From the NCBI GenBank assembly GCA_034004165.1, contig JAVEXI010000001.1:3450-67449 (forward strand): a DNA stretch of 64,000 nt, given 5' to 3'. A model generated the notes under the pieces. That model saw nothing but the letters and a program-made list of their open reading frames with translations. It did not search any database and was not told the origin of the DNA. Shown here piece after piece: positions 50,691 to 61,299 of the stretch (the stretch's first letter is position 1; each line of letters starts with the position of its first letter). The stretch is from Gudongella sp. (GTDB taxonomy: Bacteria > Bacillota > Clostridia > Tissierellales > Tissierellaceae). The translations under genes were made by a program, and so were the position numbers.

Positions 50691-52505
50691 ATGAAAAGAA
50701 GCGATATTAGAAACATAGCTATAATAGCACACGTAGACCATGGCAAGACGACTCTTGTAGATAGTTTACTCAAGCAGTCGGGTATATTTAGAGCAAATCA
50801 GCAGGTAGATGACAGAGTTATGGATTCAAACGACATAGAAAGAGAGCGTGGAATTACTATTCTGGCTAAAAACACAGCCGTGATGTATAAAAATGTAAAG
50901 ATAAACATAGTAGATACTCCAGGGCATGCTGATTTTGGTGGAGAGGTTGAAAGGGTTCTTAAAATGGTCAATGGCGTGGTGCTATTGGTAGATGCATTCG
51001 AAGGACCTATGCCTCAGACAAAATTTGTTCTTAAAAAGGCACTTGATTTAAAGCTGCCAGTCATTGTAGCAATAAATAAAATCGACAGACCAGAAGCTAG
51101 GCCAGAAGATGTTATTGATGAGATTCTAGATTTATTTATTGAGTTGGGAGCAGGAAGTGACCAGCTCGATTGCCCATTTGTGTTTACTTCTGCAAAGAAG
51201 GGAACTGCATCTTTAGACATTTCAGGGGATGGAGAATCTATGGAGGTATTATTTGAGACTATTCTCAATTATATTCCTGAACCAGAAGGAGACAACCTTG
51301 GCCCAACACAGATGCTCATTTCTACCATCGATTATAATGATTATGTAGGAAGAATAGGAATCGGAAAAATTGAAAGAGGAGCTCTTGTATCGGGTCAGGA
51401 TATTGTAATTGTAAACAAAGCAATACCTGATCGTATTGTAAAGGCTAAAATTTCAAAACTCTATGAGTTTCAAGGGCTCAACAGAACCGAAGTAGAAACG
51501 GCCGGAATAGGAAGTATCGTTGCCATAACTGGGCCTGCCGACATAGAGATAGGAGATACGATTTGTGATTTACAAACGCCAGAAGCTATTGATTTTGTAA
51601 AGATCTCTGAGCCAACTCTTGCTATGACTTTTTCTGTTAATAACAGTCCATTTGCGGGTAGAGAAGGAGATTTTGTCACTTCTAGACAGATTAGAAACAG
51701 ATTATATAAAGAAGTGCAGACCGATGTAAGCCTTAGGGTTGAGGATACCGAATCGACAGATGCATTTAAGGTTTCAGGGAGAGGGGAGCTCCATTTATCA
51801 GTTCTCATAGAGAATATGAGGAGAGAAGGCTATGAATTTCAAGTTTCAAAACCTGTAGTGCTCAATAAAACTGTAGACGGAAAAGTACTGGAGCCAATGG
51901 AACAGGTAACAGTGGATGTGAATACTGAATATGCTGGTACTGTAATAGAGAAATTAGGTCAAAGAAAAGGCGAACTCATAAGTATGTCAGAAGCGAACGG
52001 CGGTTATGCCAGACTAATTTTCTCAATCCCTGCCAGAGGGCTTATTGGCTACAGACAGGAATTTCTCACAGATACCAGAGGCAACGGGATAATGAATACA
52101 ATTTTTGATGGGTACTCACCATATAAAGGGGATATACCAAGGAGGAAGACAGGCTCCATAATTGCTTTTGAAACTGGAGAGTCAACAGGCTATGGGTTGT
52201 ATTCAGCTCAGGAAAGGGGTATTCTCTTTATAGAGCCAGGTACCAATGTCTACGAAGGTATGATTGTTGGATCAAATCCAAAGGGTCTGGACATCGAAGT
52301 AAATGTAACTAGAAAGAAACAACAGTCAAATGTAAGGGCGTCAGGATCCGATGATGCACTCAAACTATCTCCTGTAAAGAGAATGTCTTTAGAGGAAGCT
52401 TTAGAGTTTATTGAAGATGATGAATTAATTGAAGTTACGCCAATCAGCATTAGGATACGCAAAAGAATTCTTAACTCAGGGAAGAGGTATAAGTCGAAGA
52501 AGTAG
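50691..52505 (+). CDS. typA: Translational GTPase TypA/BipA
   Basis: 604 aa; [21 protein letters not shown]; EF-G-like domain order. Confidence 0.95.
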   Translation: MKRSDIRNIAIIAHVDHGKTTLVDSLLKQSGIFRANQQVDDRVMDSNDIERERGITILAKNTAVMYKNVKINIVDTPGHADFGGEVERVLKMVNGVVLLVDAFEGPMPQTKFVLKKALDLKLPVIVAINKIDRPEARPEDVIDEILDLFIELGAGSDQLDCPFVFTSAKKGTASLDISGDGESMEVLFETILNYIPEPEGDNLGPTQMLISTIDYNDYVGRIGIGKIERGALVSGQDIVIVNKAIPDRIVKAKISKLYEFQGLNRTEVETAGIGSIVAITGPADIEIGDTICDLQTPEAIDFVKISEPTLAMTFSVNNSPFAGREGDFVTSRQIRNRLYKEVQTDVSLRVEDTESTDAFKVSGRGELHLSVLIENMRREGYEFQVSKPVVLNKTVDGKVLEPMEQVTVDVNTEYAGTVIEKLGQRKGELISMSEANGGYARLIFSIPARGLIGYRQEFLTDTRGNGIMNTIFDGYSPYKGDIPRRKTGSIIAFETGESTGYGLYSAQERGILFIEPGTNVYEGMIVGSNPKGLDIEVNVTRKKQQSNVRASGSDDALKLSPVKRMSLEEALEFIEDDELIEVTPISIRIRKRILNSGKRYKSKK

Positions 52506-52526
52506 TTGTAGTCAAGGGGTGATATT

Positions 52527-53984
52527 GTGAAGTATATTCTGTCAAATTATATGCTAATAATAGGAAATCTTATCTGGATTAACATCCTATTTGCTATCGC
52601 CCTTGTTTTCTTTGAACGCAGAAATCCTACTTCAACCTGGCTTTGGTTAATGGTGTTGGTTTTTTTGCCTGGCTTGGGTTTTATACTATATTTATTTATC
52701 GGACAGGACATGTCAAAGAAAAAAATGTTTAAATTAAAAAGCGAAGAAGATGATTGTTTTGACATACTTGTATCCGACCAGGAAAAGAATCTTACGACAC
52801 GGGAATTTTTAAAGAATAATCCTGAATATAAAAGATACGATGATATTGTAAAACTTAACCTGATGGGTAGTAAAGCTGTTTACACAGTGGACAATGACAT
52901 AGAGCTATTCTTTAGTGGTGAAGATAAATTTGCAGCTCTCTTAGATAGTATAAGTAAAGCTGAAAAATATATCCACATTGAGTACTATATATTCCATAGT
53001 GATGGAATAGGGAGCAAAGTACTGGAAGCTCTCACTGAGGGCGCTAAAAGAGGCGTTGAGGTAAAATTGCTTCTTGACGGTATGGGCAGTAGGAGGATTT
53101 CAAGGGCTTCTCTTAAAAGGCTCAGAGATGCCGGAGGCGAAACAGCATTTTTTTTCCCGCCGTTTATCCCTGTCATAAATGTTAGAATAAATTACAGAAA
53201 TCACAGGAAGATTTGTATTATCGATGGTAAAGAAGCTTATTTAGGAGGCTTTAATATCGGAGATGAATATTTAGGGCTTTCAAAGAAGTTTAAGAACTGG
53301 AGAGATACGCATTTGAAGATCAGAGGGTCAGCAATAAGTGCCCTTCAATGGCAATTCTTTCTGGATTGGAGATTTGCAACAAATATGGAGATGAAAGGCT
53401 GTCAAAGTTACGTAGGTCTGGAGCTAGATGAAGAAAAAGTAGGTGCTCAGATTGTAAGTAGTGGGCCGGACTCTAAGTGGCCAGGAATTAAAGATGGTTA
53501 TTTGAAAATGATTGCCAATGCAGAGAAAAAACTGTTCATAGAAACGCCGTATTTCATACCAGATGACAGTATATATGAAGCATTAAAAATCGCAGGACTT
53601 TCAGGGCTTGACGTCAGAGTTATGATACCAAATAAGCCTGATCATCCATTTGTGTACTGGGCAAGCTTAAGTTACATAGGAGAACTTCTGGAAGCAGGAG
53701 TTAAGTTTTATACTTATGAAAGAGGATTTCTTCATTCCAAAGTTCTAATAATGGATGATTTGGTTTCTTCAGTTGGAACTGCAAATTTAGACATCAGGAG
53801 TTTCAAGCTTAACTTTGAAGTAAATGCTTTCATTTACGATAAAGAAATTAATTCTAAACTGACTAATAGGTTTTTGGGAGATCTTGCAAATTGTAGGGAA
53901 ATTACTCTGGACGGATATAATAATAGGTCAAGAATTATTAAAATAAAAGAATCTATATCCAGGCTACTATCGCCTATTCTATAA
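52527..53984 (+). CDS. cls: Cardiolipin synthase
   Basis: 485 aa; two N-terminal TM helices and two HKD motifs (HRKICIIDG, HSKVLIMDD); GTG start. Confidence 0.9.
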   Translation: MKYILSNYMLIIGNLIWINILFAIALVFFERRNPTSTWLWLMVLVFLPGLGFILYLFIGQDMSKKKMFKLKSEEDDCFDILVSDQEKNLTTREFLKNNPEYKRYDDIVKLNLMGSKAVYTVDNDIELFFSGEDKFAALLDSISKAEKYIHIEYYIFHSDGIGSKVLEALTEGAKRGVEVKLLLDGMGSRRISRASLKRLRDAGGETAFFFPPFIPVINVRINYRNHRKICIIDGKEAYLGGFNIGDEYLGLSKKFKNWRDTHLKIRGSAISALQWQFFLDWRFATNMEMKGCQSYVGLELDEEKVGAQIVSSGPDSKWPGIKDGYLKMIANAEKKLFIETPYFIPDDSIYEALKIAGLSGLDVRVMIPNKPDHPFVYWASLSYIGELLEAGVKFYTYERGFLHSKVLIMDDLVSSVGTANLDIRSFKLNFEVNAFIYDKEINSKLTNRFLGDLANCREITLDGYNNRSRIIKIKESISRLLSPIL

Positions 53985-54002
53985 GAAAAGGGAGGAATTG
54001 CA

Positions 54003-54824
54003 GTGAAATCAGAGGCCACAATGAAAAAATATGTGTGTAACGGCAAGGTATTTGATACTGAGGATACAAGTGTTTTTGAGAAGATTTCTGGTTCTCCAAT
54101 ATACGAAGTCGTGAGGGTTGTTGGTGGGAAACCCATCTTCCTAGAAGACCATCTTGAGAGAATGTTCAAATCTGGACATCTTATAGGATATGATATTGGA
54201 TTTACAGAAGAAGAAATTAGTGAATTTGCCAACATTTGTATAAAAGAGAACGAGATTAAAGACAATAATATAAAATTTATCTCCGTTGAAGATGACTATG
54301 GTGAAAAATTAATGATTGTCCTCGCTTCTGAGAGTTTCTACCCACCATCCAGTTATTACGAAGAAGGCATCAGGACTGTAATTTTAGAGCATGAAAGAGA
54401 TAATCCAAACGTAAAAATACAGCATGGGGATTATAAAGAAAAGGTAAAAAAAGCTATTGAAAGCACAGGCTCTTTTGAAGTTCTCCTTAAGAATTCTCAT
54501 GGATACATACTTGAAGGAAGCAGATCAAATCTATTTTACATTCTTGAGGGGAAAATATTCACAGCTCCAAGCAGTGATGTCTTATTGGGGATAACGAGAC
54601 GACATATTATTAAATTATGCATGGATCTGGGGTATTCATTTGAAGAAAGAAAGCTTCATGTAGATGAGCTTAAAGATGTACAGGCCCTGTTTATTTCTGG
54701 CACAAGTGTAGGTATTTTACCTGTTTCCTTAGTAGATAACCTGGAAATACCATCTGCTTCAAATGGGATAATTGAGAAACTTCTTAAAGCATATGATGAA
54801 ATGATACACAAAACCCTTGAATAA
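54003..54824 (+). CDS. Class IV (fold type IV) PLP aminotransferase / aminodeoxychorismate-lyase-like
   Basis: 273 aa; class IV pattern with EGSRSN and LLGITR motifs; GTG start 7 nt after GGGAGGA. Confidence 0.75.
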   Translation: MKSEATMKKYVCNGKVFDTEDTSVFEKISGSPIYEVVRVVGGKPIFLEDHLERMFKSGHLIGYDIGFTEEEISEFANICIKENEIKDNNIKFISVEDDYGEKLMIVLASESFYPPSSYYEEGIRTVILEHERDNPNVKIQHGDYKEKVKKAIESTGSFEVLLKNSHGYILEGSRSNLFYILEGKIFTAPSSDVLLGITRRHIIKLCMDLGYSFEERKLHVDELKDVQALFISGTSVGILPVSLVDNLEIPSASNGIIEKLLKAYDEMIHKTLE

Positions 54825-54836
54825 CCAAGGGTTTTA
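54811..54836. terminator. Hairpin between convergent genes (probable terminator)
   Basis: Stem AACCCTTG / CAAGGGTT overlapping the stop codon, followed by TTTT. Confidence 0.5.
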
Positions 54837-54850
54837 TAGTATTTAAAGAT

Positions 54851-56071
54851 TTATTTAGAGATTAATTTCGCAATTTCCACTATAGTCTGTACTGCCATCT
54901 CCATTTCTTCGATTACGGCAAATTCATACTTCCCATGAAAGTTGTAGCCACCAGTAAAGAGATTCGGACATGGAAGTCCCATAAAGGAGAGTTTTGATCC
55001 GTCTGTACCACCTCTTACGGGCTTAATGTCAGGTTTTATACCGATATTTCCCATCGCCTGCTGTGCTAGTTCAACGATATGATAAACTGGCAATATCTTC
55101 TCTTTCATATTGTAATATGAGTCTTTCATTTCTAAATTTGCAACCTGGCCGTATTTGACGTTTATATAATCAACAGCAAGGGAAAGCATAGTTTTTTTCT
55201 TTTCGAATTCCTTGCTAAAATGGTCTCTGATTATATAGCTCATTTCAGTTTTCTCGACGGTACCTTTAAAATCCATTAGATGATAAAAACCTTCATAGCC
55301 TTCAGTATACTCAGGTTTATCAAACTCTGGCAGCATTGAATCCAGCTCTTTTGCAATGTGTATTGAGTTTATCATTTTATTTTTAGCTGTACCTGGATGC
55401 ACATTTCGGCCTTCAATGGTAATTTTTGCTGATGCAGCATTAAAAGTTTCGTATTCAAGTTCACCTACAGGACCTCCATCAACTGTATATGCCCAATCTG
55501 CACCAAAATGATTTACATCAAAGTAATCTGCGCCTCTTCCGATTTCTTCATCAGGAGTGAATCCAATTTTAATGGTACCGTGCTCTATTTCGGGATTATT
55601 TAGAAGATACTCTGCTGCAGTAATAATCTCTGCTATCCCAGCTTTATTATCTGCGCCAAGTAATGTTGTTCCATCGGTTGTTATTATGGACTTTCCAATT
55701 AACAAAGATAACTCTGGGAAGTCTTCAGGGGAAAGCACTATACCAAGTTCATCGTTAAGAACTATATTTCTTCCATCGTAGTTATTATGGATTACAGGAT
55801 TAACATTTTTCCCCGACATATCAGGACTTGTATCCATATGGGCTATGAAACCTATAACCGGAAGTGTTCTATTCGAATTAGATGGAATTGTTGCGGTCAG
55901 ATAGCCATTAGAATCCAAGTTGACGTCATGGAAGCCCAGGTCAGTCATTTCATTTTTGAGAAAATTTGCTAGATCCATCTGGCCGGCTGTACTGGGGACT
56001 GTCGTCGAGCTTTCATCAGATGTAGTTTCAAATTGCACATAACTTAAAAATCTTTTAACAACAGTATTCAT
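54851..56071 (-). CDS. pepT: Peptidase T (tripeptide aminopeptidase, M20B)
   Basis: 406 aa; M20 metal-ligand contexts (AHMDT, GADNKAG, TPDEEIG). Confidence 0.9.
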   Translation of the reverse strand: MNTVVKRFLSYVQFETTSDESSTTVPSTAGQMDLANFLKNEMTDLGFHDVNLDSNGYLTATIPSNSNRTLPVIGFIAHMDTSPDMSGKNVNPVIHNNYDGRNIVLNDELGIVLSPEDFPELSLLIGKSIITTDGTTLLGADNKAGIAEIITAAEYLLNNPEIEHGTIKIGFTPDEEIGRGADYFDVNHFGADWAYTVDGGPVGELEYETFNAASAKITIEGRNVHPGTAKNKMINSIHIAKELDSMLPEFDKPEYTEGYEGFYHLMDFKGTVEKTEMSYIIRDHFSKEFEKKKTMLSLAVDYINVKYGQVANLEMKDSYYNMKEKILPVYHIVELAQQAMGNIGIKPDIKPVRGGTDGSKLSFMGLPCPNLFTGGYNFHGKYEFAVIEEMEMAVQTIVEIAKLISK

Positions 56072-56219
56072 TTATATCCTCCTCAAAGTATTGTATATAT
56101 CAATTGTACATCTTTTTGGAATTATTTACCCAAAAATTTGCGGTAACAAATAACTATCGATAAGGCTGTTATGCTATAATGATATAAAATGAGTATTAAA
56201 CACACAAGGAGGAAACCTT

Positions 56220-57089
56220 ATGACTATAAAAATTATTACTGACAGCTGTTGCGACCTTTCTGCTGAATTAGTTGAGCAGTTGGAAATAGAGGTTATTCCT
56301 GTTCTGGTTGTAAATGGCGATAAAGAATACAGAGACTACATAGATATACAACCCAAAACTGTCTACGATGGGATGAGAAAAGGCAAAATTTTTAAAACTG
56401 CACAAATTACTCCAATTATATTTGAGGAGTACTTTAAAAAATATGCAAAAGAGCAAACTCCTGCTATATATCTCGGCTTTTCATCCCAGTTATCTTCAAC
56501 ATTTCAATCGTCTATATTGGCTAAGAGAAGCCTGCTTGAAAAATATCCTGACTTGGATATAGAAGTGATAGATACAAAGGCTGCCTCAGGAGGGCTTGGA
56601 TTGATTGTATATGAAGTTGCCAGAGCAGCTCAAAATGGAGCGACAAAAGAGGAATTACTTAAATTGATTGAGCATTACATCGACAATATGGATCACATAG
56701 TAACGGTGGATGACATCGAATATTTATACAGAGGTGGCAGGGTTTCAAGGACTACTGCAGTTCTTGGGGGGATGCTTAATATTAAACCTATACTTGAGAT
56801 GAACCAAGGCAAACTCATACCTATTGATAAAGTAAGAGGAAGAGCCAAAGCTTTGAAGAGAATGTTGGAGCTAATGGAAGAAAGAAACATTGACGATAAT
56901 TTTAAGGATAGAACAATATTCATTTATCACGGAGACGACATCAAAAATGCAGAAAAATTAAGAGATATGGTAATTGAAAAATACGATGTTAAAGAAATTA
57001 AAACAGGAGTGATAGGAGCAGTAATAGGAGCACATTCCGGACCAGGTACACTTTGTATTTTTTATTCTAAGAAGAATGAAAAGCCATAA
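56220..57089 (+). CDS. DegV-family fatty-acid-binding protein (second copy)
   Basis: 289 aa; KIITDSCCDL N-terminus; paralogue of 42457..43290. Confidence 0.85.
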   Translation: MTIKIITDSCCDLSAELVEQLEIEVIPVLVVNGDKEYRDYIDIQPKTVYDGMRKGKIFKTAQITPIIFEEYFKKYAKEQTPAIYLGFSSQLSSTFQSSILAKRSLLEKYPDLDIEVIDTKAASGGLGLIVYEVARAAQNGATKEELLKLIEHYIDNMDHIVTVDDIEYLYRGGRVSRTTAVLGGMLNIKPILEMNQGKLIPIDKVRGRAKALKRMLELMEERNIDDNFKDRTIFIYHGDDIKNAEKLRDMVIEKYDVKEIKTGVIGAVIGAHSGPGTLCIFYSKKNEKP

Positions 57090-57118
57090 ATAGACAGCAT
57101 ATATTGGGAGATGATTAA

Positions 57119-57844
57119 ATGGGAAATATTGCCGCATTTTTCGACATAGATGGCACGATATTTAGAAATTCACTTATGATAGAACATTTTCGAAAACTAA
57201 TTAGCTTTGAGATAATCGATCCTGAGGTTTGGTACACAAAAGTCAAAAGAGCTTACGATGAATGGGAAAAGAGATATGGTGATTTTGAAGAATACTTGGA
57301 GGTTCTAGCAGGTGTATATCTGCAAGAACTTAAAGGCGTCAAGAGAGAACATATAGATTATGTTGCTAACCACGTCATAGAAACCAACTGGGATATGGTC
57401 TACAAGTATTCAAGAAATCAAATTGAGTGGCATAAGAAAATGGGTCATAAAGTATTCTTTATATCAGGCAGTCCCGACTTTTTAGTTTCCAGAATGGCAG
57501 AAAAATATGGAGCTACTGAATATAGGGGCACTATATATTATGTAGATGAGGACAATAGGTTTACAGGTAAAATACTAAAAATGTGGGATTCAGAAAGTAA
57601 GAAGAAAGTGATTGACGAAATCATTTCTCAATACGATGTAGATCTTGATAGAAGCTTTGCGTACGGAGATACTTCAGGAGACCTTTCTATGCTTCGGAGA
57701 ATGGGAAATCCTGTTGCAATAAATCCCAACAGAGAGCTGTTGATGGAAATAAAAAGTGACCCTCAGCTTTATTCGAGAATCACTATCATAGTTGAAAGAA
57801 AAAATGTTATTTATAAATGTGATCCTGACGTAGAGATACTGTAG
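57119..57844 (+). CDS. HAD-superfamily subfamily IB hydrolase
   Basis: 241 aa; motif I FFDIDGT, ISGSP, and GDTSGD motif IV. Confidence 0.8.
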   Translation: MGNIAAFFDIDGTIFRNSLMIEHFRKLISFEIIDPEVWYTKVKRAYDEWEKRYGDFEEYLEVLAGVYLQELKGVKREHIDYVANHVIETNWDMVYKYSRNQIEWHKKMGHKVFFISGSPDFLVSRMAEKYGATEYRGTIYYVDEDNRFTGKILKMWDSESKKKVIDEIISQYDVDLDRSFAYGDTSGDLSMLRRMGNPVAINPNRELLMEIKSDPQLYSRITIIVERKNVIYKCDPDVEIL

Positions 57845-59698
57845 TCAGGACTGTAATTCATCAAGAAATCTTGAACTTTTCAGTTTGGAACCATTAAAAG
57901 TAGCATAACTGATTAGCTCGAGATTTATTTTTGCCCTCGTCATTCCAACATAAAAGATTCTCCGCTCTTCTTCATAAGTAGTAAAGATTCCTTTAGAAAG
58001 ATCTTCCAGACTGGATTGTGAAGGTAATTCTCCCTCTATGAGATCAATTAAAAAAACGTTGTCAAATTCTAGCCCCTTCGCAGAATGAATCGTTGACAAA
58101 GTTACTCCTGTTTGAGTTCTGTTAGCACCTGCAATACTCGTCTCCAGTTCTTTTAGCATACTTGCGAAGTCATCTTTGTCTCTACACCCTCGTGCTACAG
58201 ATTTTAAATGATACAGCATCTCAGATAGATAATCAAATGTATAGCCTGACTTCTGAGAATTTTCCTTTAGATATACAGAATATTGCAGAGTATCAGCAAT
58301 AAAGTCAATGCCTTTTTGGGGGTTCATTCTATTAAGCCTTCTAAAATCTAATTCTAATTCATTGATATGTTTCCTGTAAAACTCAGAAAGCCCAGGGTAG
58401 GTTAGAAGACGCTTAAATACAGTTAAGTTACTATCTCCCTTATTAACGTGAAGCATCATTTTCTTAGAAATATACCCCTTCATTTTAAAATATATGGCTT
58501 CAAAAGAAGTTTCATCTTTAGGATTCTCTGCAAGTTTCAGAAAGTTCATTACGTCATTAACCAGCCAATGACTAAAAAATTTCAATCTACTGTCTCTGAC
58601 ATAAAAGTGTATACCAGATCTTTTGAGTGAATTAGCAAGCCCTACTATCGAAAGATTATTTCTGAAGAGTATTGCACTTCCTGATATCGGGTATTCTTTT
58701 CGCAGCGCATTTACAATATGGTCATATTGATCAGTCATATCTCTGAATTTTAAGATTTTTACTGGATTTTTTGGTGGATTTTGAGTTTGTATAATTTTAG
58801 AGTATCTATTTTTATTCTGGGAGATGAATTTATTTGAAACTGCTACAATATTCTTTGTAGAACGATAATTGTCCTCCATGAAATACAATACTCCATCGGC
58901 AAACACATTCTTAAAATCTAATAGTTCATCTGGATAAGCTCCCCTAAATCCGTATATTGACTGGTCGTCATCAGCTACTATAAATAAGTTGTTATGAGGA
59001 CTAGCCAATAGCTTTAATATTGCAAGTTGAAGTTTAGAAGTATCCTGACCCTCATCAAGTTGAATATATTGGTATTTTATTCTGTATTTGTCAAGAATAT
59101 CAGGAAATTTTAGAAGTATTCTGTGGGCTATGCCCAGCATATCATCAAAATCGATGAGCCTGTTCCTTTTTTTAATCTCTTCGTATTCAGTAAAAATATC
59201 TAGAAAATTCTCTACATCAGTAGATACAGCCCTGCTATACTCAACAGGATCAGTCATCATATTTTTTATATAGCCTGCATGACCAAAAAAATTCTCTAAT
59301 TTTTCCTCAGTAATTGGATAACCATTATGTGATAAGTATAGGTTTTTAACTATATTAAACTTATTGTTCTTGCTATTATCTTCTTCAATAAGTCTGAAGC
59401 TTCTGGATCTTTCTCTTGAGAAGTCCTTTATTATTCTATAGCAGAAGGCGTGTATTGTTGAAAATTCAGGTTTGTTAACCGTCCCAAAAATTTTAATATA
59501 CCTTTGCTGCATATCCATTGCGGATGCACGGCTGAAAGTTATAGATAGAATATTTTCAGGTGTAATCTGCTTATTTGAAATTAGGTTGTGCGTTCTGTGT
59601 ATTAGAACGGTAGTTTTGCCTGCTCCTGGCACTGCAAGAACCAGAGCTGGACCAGCTCCATGTTCAATTGCAAGAGTTTGATTTTTGCTAAATTCCAT
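57845..59698 (-). CDS. UvrD/Rep/PcrA-family SF1 DNA helicase (compact, 617 aa)
   Basis: Walker A AVPGAGKTT, motif II LDEGQD, motif III VADDDQSIYGFRGA, NYRS, TIHSAKGLEFD, VGMTRAK. Confidence 0.85.
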   Translation of the reverse strand: MEFSKNQTLAIEHGAGPALVLAVPGAGKTTVLIHRTHNLISNKQITPENILSITFSRASAMDMQQRYIKIFGTVNKPEFSTIHAFCYRIIKDFSRERSRSFRLIEEDNSKNNKFNIVKNLYLSHNGYPITEEKLENFFGHAGYIKNMMTDPVEYSRAVSTDVENFLDIFTEYEEIKKRNRLIDFDDMLGIAHRILLKFPDILDKYRIKYQYIQLDEGQDTSKLQLAILKLLASPHNNLFIVADDDQSIYGFRGAYPDELLDFKNVFADGVLYFMEDNYRSTKNIVAVSNKFISQNKNRYSKIIQTQNPPKNPVKILKFRDMTDQYDHIVNALRKEYPISGSAILFRNNLSIVGLANSLKRSGIHFYVRDSRLKFFSHWLVNDVMNFLKLAENPKDETSFEAIYFKMKGYISKKMMLHVNKGDSNLTVFKRLLTYPGLSEFYRKHINELELDFRRLNRMNPQKGIDFIADTLQYSVYLKENSQKSGYTFDYLSEMLYHLKSVARGCRDKDDFASMLKELETSIAGANRTQTGVTLSTIHSAKGLEFDNVFLIDLIEGELPSQSSLEDLSKGIFTTYEEERRIFYVGMTRAKINLELISYATFNGSKLKSSRFLDELQS

Positions 59699-59852
59699 AT
59701 TAGATCCTCCTTGTGACAGACCTATTCTATCATAAAATTACAGGGTATGAACAAATAAAATAAGTTCATAAACAGCTAAAAACAGGATATTACCTTTGAT
59801 AAACGGGTAGAAATGTAATATAATTGTTCTATATCAGTCCGGGGGGAAAGGT

Positions 59853-60410
59853 ATGAGAAAGATTTTCAACAGATTTGACAACCATTTTATTCAACTACTA
59901 AATACGCGAATTAAAAATAAGTATTTAGATAGAATTATGTATAGAATTACAGACTTAGGTGGAGCGATATTTACTTCAATATTTGCGATATCCTTGGTCG
60001 TATTTGGCAATCGTCAAGTAAAAGTACTCGGGCTCGAAGCTATAGTAGCGCTATCTTTTGGACAGATATTTGTTCAGTCTCTTAAGAAATTATTTAGTAG
60101 GGAGAGACCTTATAAGATAATACAACAACTTCACACATTTGGTATTGACCTAAGAGATTACTCATTTCCATCAGGACATACTACCGCAAGTTTTTCACTG
60201 GCTACCACCATTGCCCTGAATATGCCTAAGTTGGCTGTTATCGTATTTTTTCTGGCCATTGTGATTGGCATGAGTAGGATTTATTTAGGGGTTCATTATC
60301 CAACTGACGTGGCTGCAGGAATACTTCTAGGAGTTATGGCCAGTGTTACCACGCATTTATATTTCATTCCGTTGGTAGAAAAGATAGGAACGTTCATAGG
60401 AATCAATTAA
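59853..60410 (+). CDS. PAP2-family lipid phosphatase
   Basis: 185 aa membrane protein; KxxxxxxRP, PSGH, SRxxxxxHxxxD motifs (SRERP, FPSGHT, SRIYLGVHYPTDV). Confidence 0.85.
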   Translation: MRKIFNRFDNHFIQLLNTRIKNKYLDRIMYRITDLGGAIFTSIFAISLVVFGNRQVKVLGLEAIVALSFGQIFVQSLKKLFSRERPYKIIQQLHTFGIDLRDYSFPSGHTTASFSLATTIALNMPKLAVIVFFLAIVIGMSRIYLGVHYPTDVAAGILLGVMASVTTHLYFIPLVEKIGTFIGIN

Positions 60411-60442
60411 ATTTTGTCATAACAATAAAGGAGGAATAGCAG

Positions 60443-61252
60443 ATGAACATGATCAATTTTTTGAAGACAAGAAGATCCACCAGAGAATTCAAGAAAAAAG
60501 GCCTGTCAGATACTGACCTGACAAGAGTAGAGGAACTTGTCAGAAGTATTAATGAGGAATTAGCTGAAGTTAATATGACAGTTAGACTTTATGAGTACGG
60601 GCAAAACATTTACGACAGCCTAAAAGGCATAGGCGGATATGCCGGAATAATGATAGAAAGCCCTCATTATTTAGCTTTCGATTACAAGGCAAAAGATGAA
60701 AAGACTATGCTTTATAGTGGATACTATATCGAAAAACTGGTTACCGGACTTTATGATTTAGGACTGGGCACCTGCTGGGTAAGTCTGAATGCACTTGACC
60801 TTGAAAGGAAAAAGGCTGTGTTTGGAGAATCATCAAGCGATTATGATTCTATTCTTGCTTTTGGATATCCACGTCCAAAGAACCTATTTTTAAATCAGCC
60901 CTTTAGTGAAAGACTTGGAGTCGAAGAAATCGTATTTAAAGAGAAAATGGGAAATCCAATTTCAATAGATGAGTTGGAAGCTAGAGGTCTTGGAGATTTA
61001 TTGTTTTACATCAGATTTGCTCCATCAAGACTGAACAAACAACCGTGGAGATACGTCGTTCACGACACTTCCATAGATTTGTATGTATTAGAAAAGGGTG
61101 GAATTAATAATCTTATAGATGCTGGAATAGTCATGTATTATTGTGAAGCTCTTGCCAATATACAGGGCATTAAATCCAAGTGGGAAATAGTAATGGAAGA
61201 TGTTGAATTAGATGGAGAAGCGTTCAGATATATTGGGAAGTTTCATTTGTAG
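60443..61252 (+). CDS. Nitroreductase-family protein
   Basis: 269 aa; N-terminal RRSTREF, later PSRLNKQPW. Confidence 0.75.
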   Translation: MNMINFLKTRRSTREFKKKGLSDTDLTRVEELVRSINEELAEVNMTVRLYEYGQNIYDSLKGIGGYAGIMIESPHYLAFDYKAKDEKTMLYSGYYIEKLVTGLYDLGLGTCWVSLNALDLERKKAVFGESSSDYDSILAFGYPRPKNLFLNQPFSERLGVEEIVFKEKMGNPISIDELEARGLGDLLFYIRFAPSRLNKQPWRYVVHDTSIDLYVLEKGGINNLIDAGIVMYYCEALANIQGIKSKWEIVMEDVELDGEAFRYIGKFHL

Positions 61253-61299
61253 ATTTACTGTATCTGTAATAGCTGCAAATAAGGGAAAGTGTGTTTTTT

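Noticed and set aside
59746-59770. Possible LexA (Cheo) box upstream of the UvrD-like helicase: TATGAAC-N11-GTTCATA
   Set aside because: The Firmicute LexA operator is GAAC-N4-GTTC, and the 11-nt spacing here does not fit. I kept it only as an unexplained 7-bp inverted repeat.
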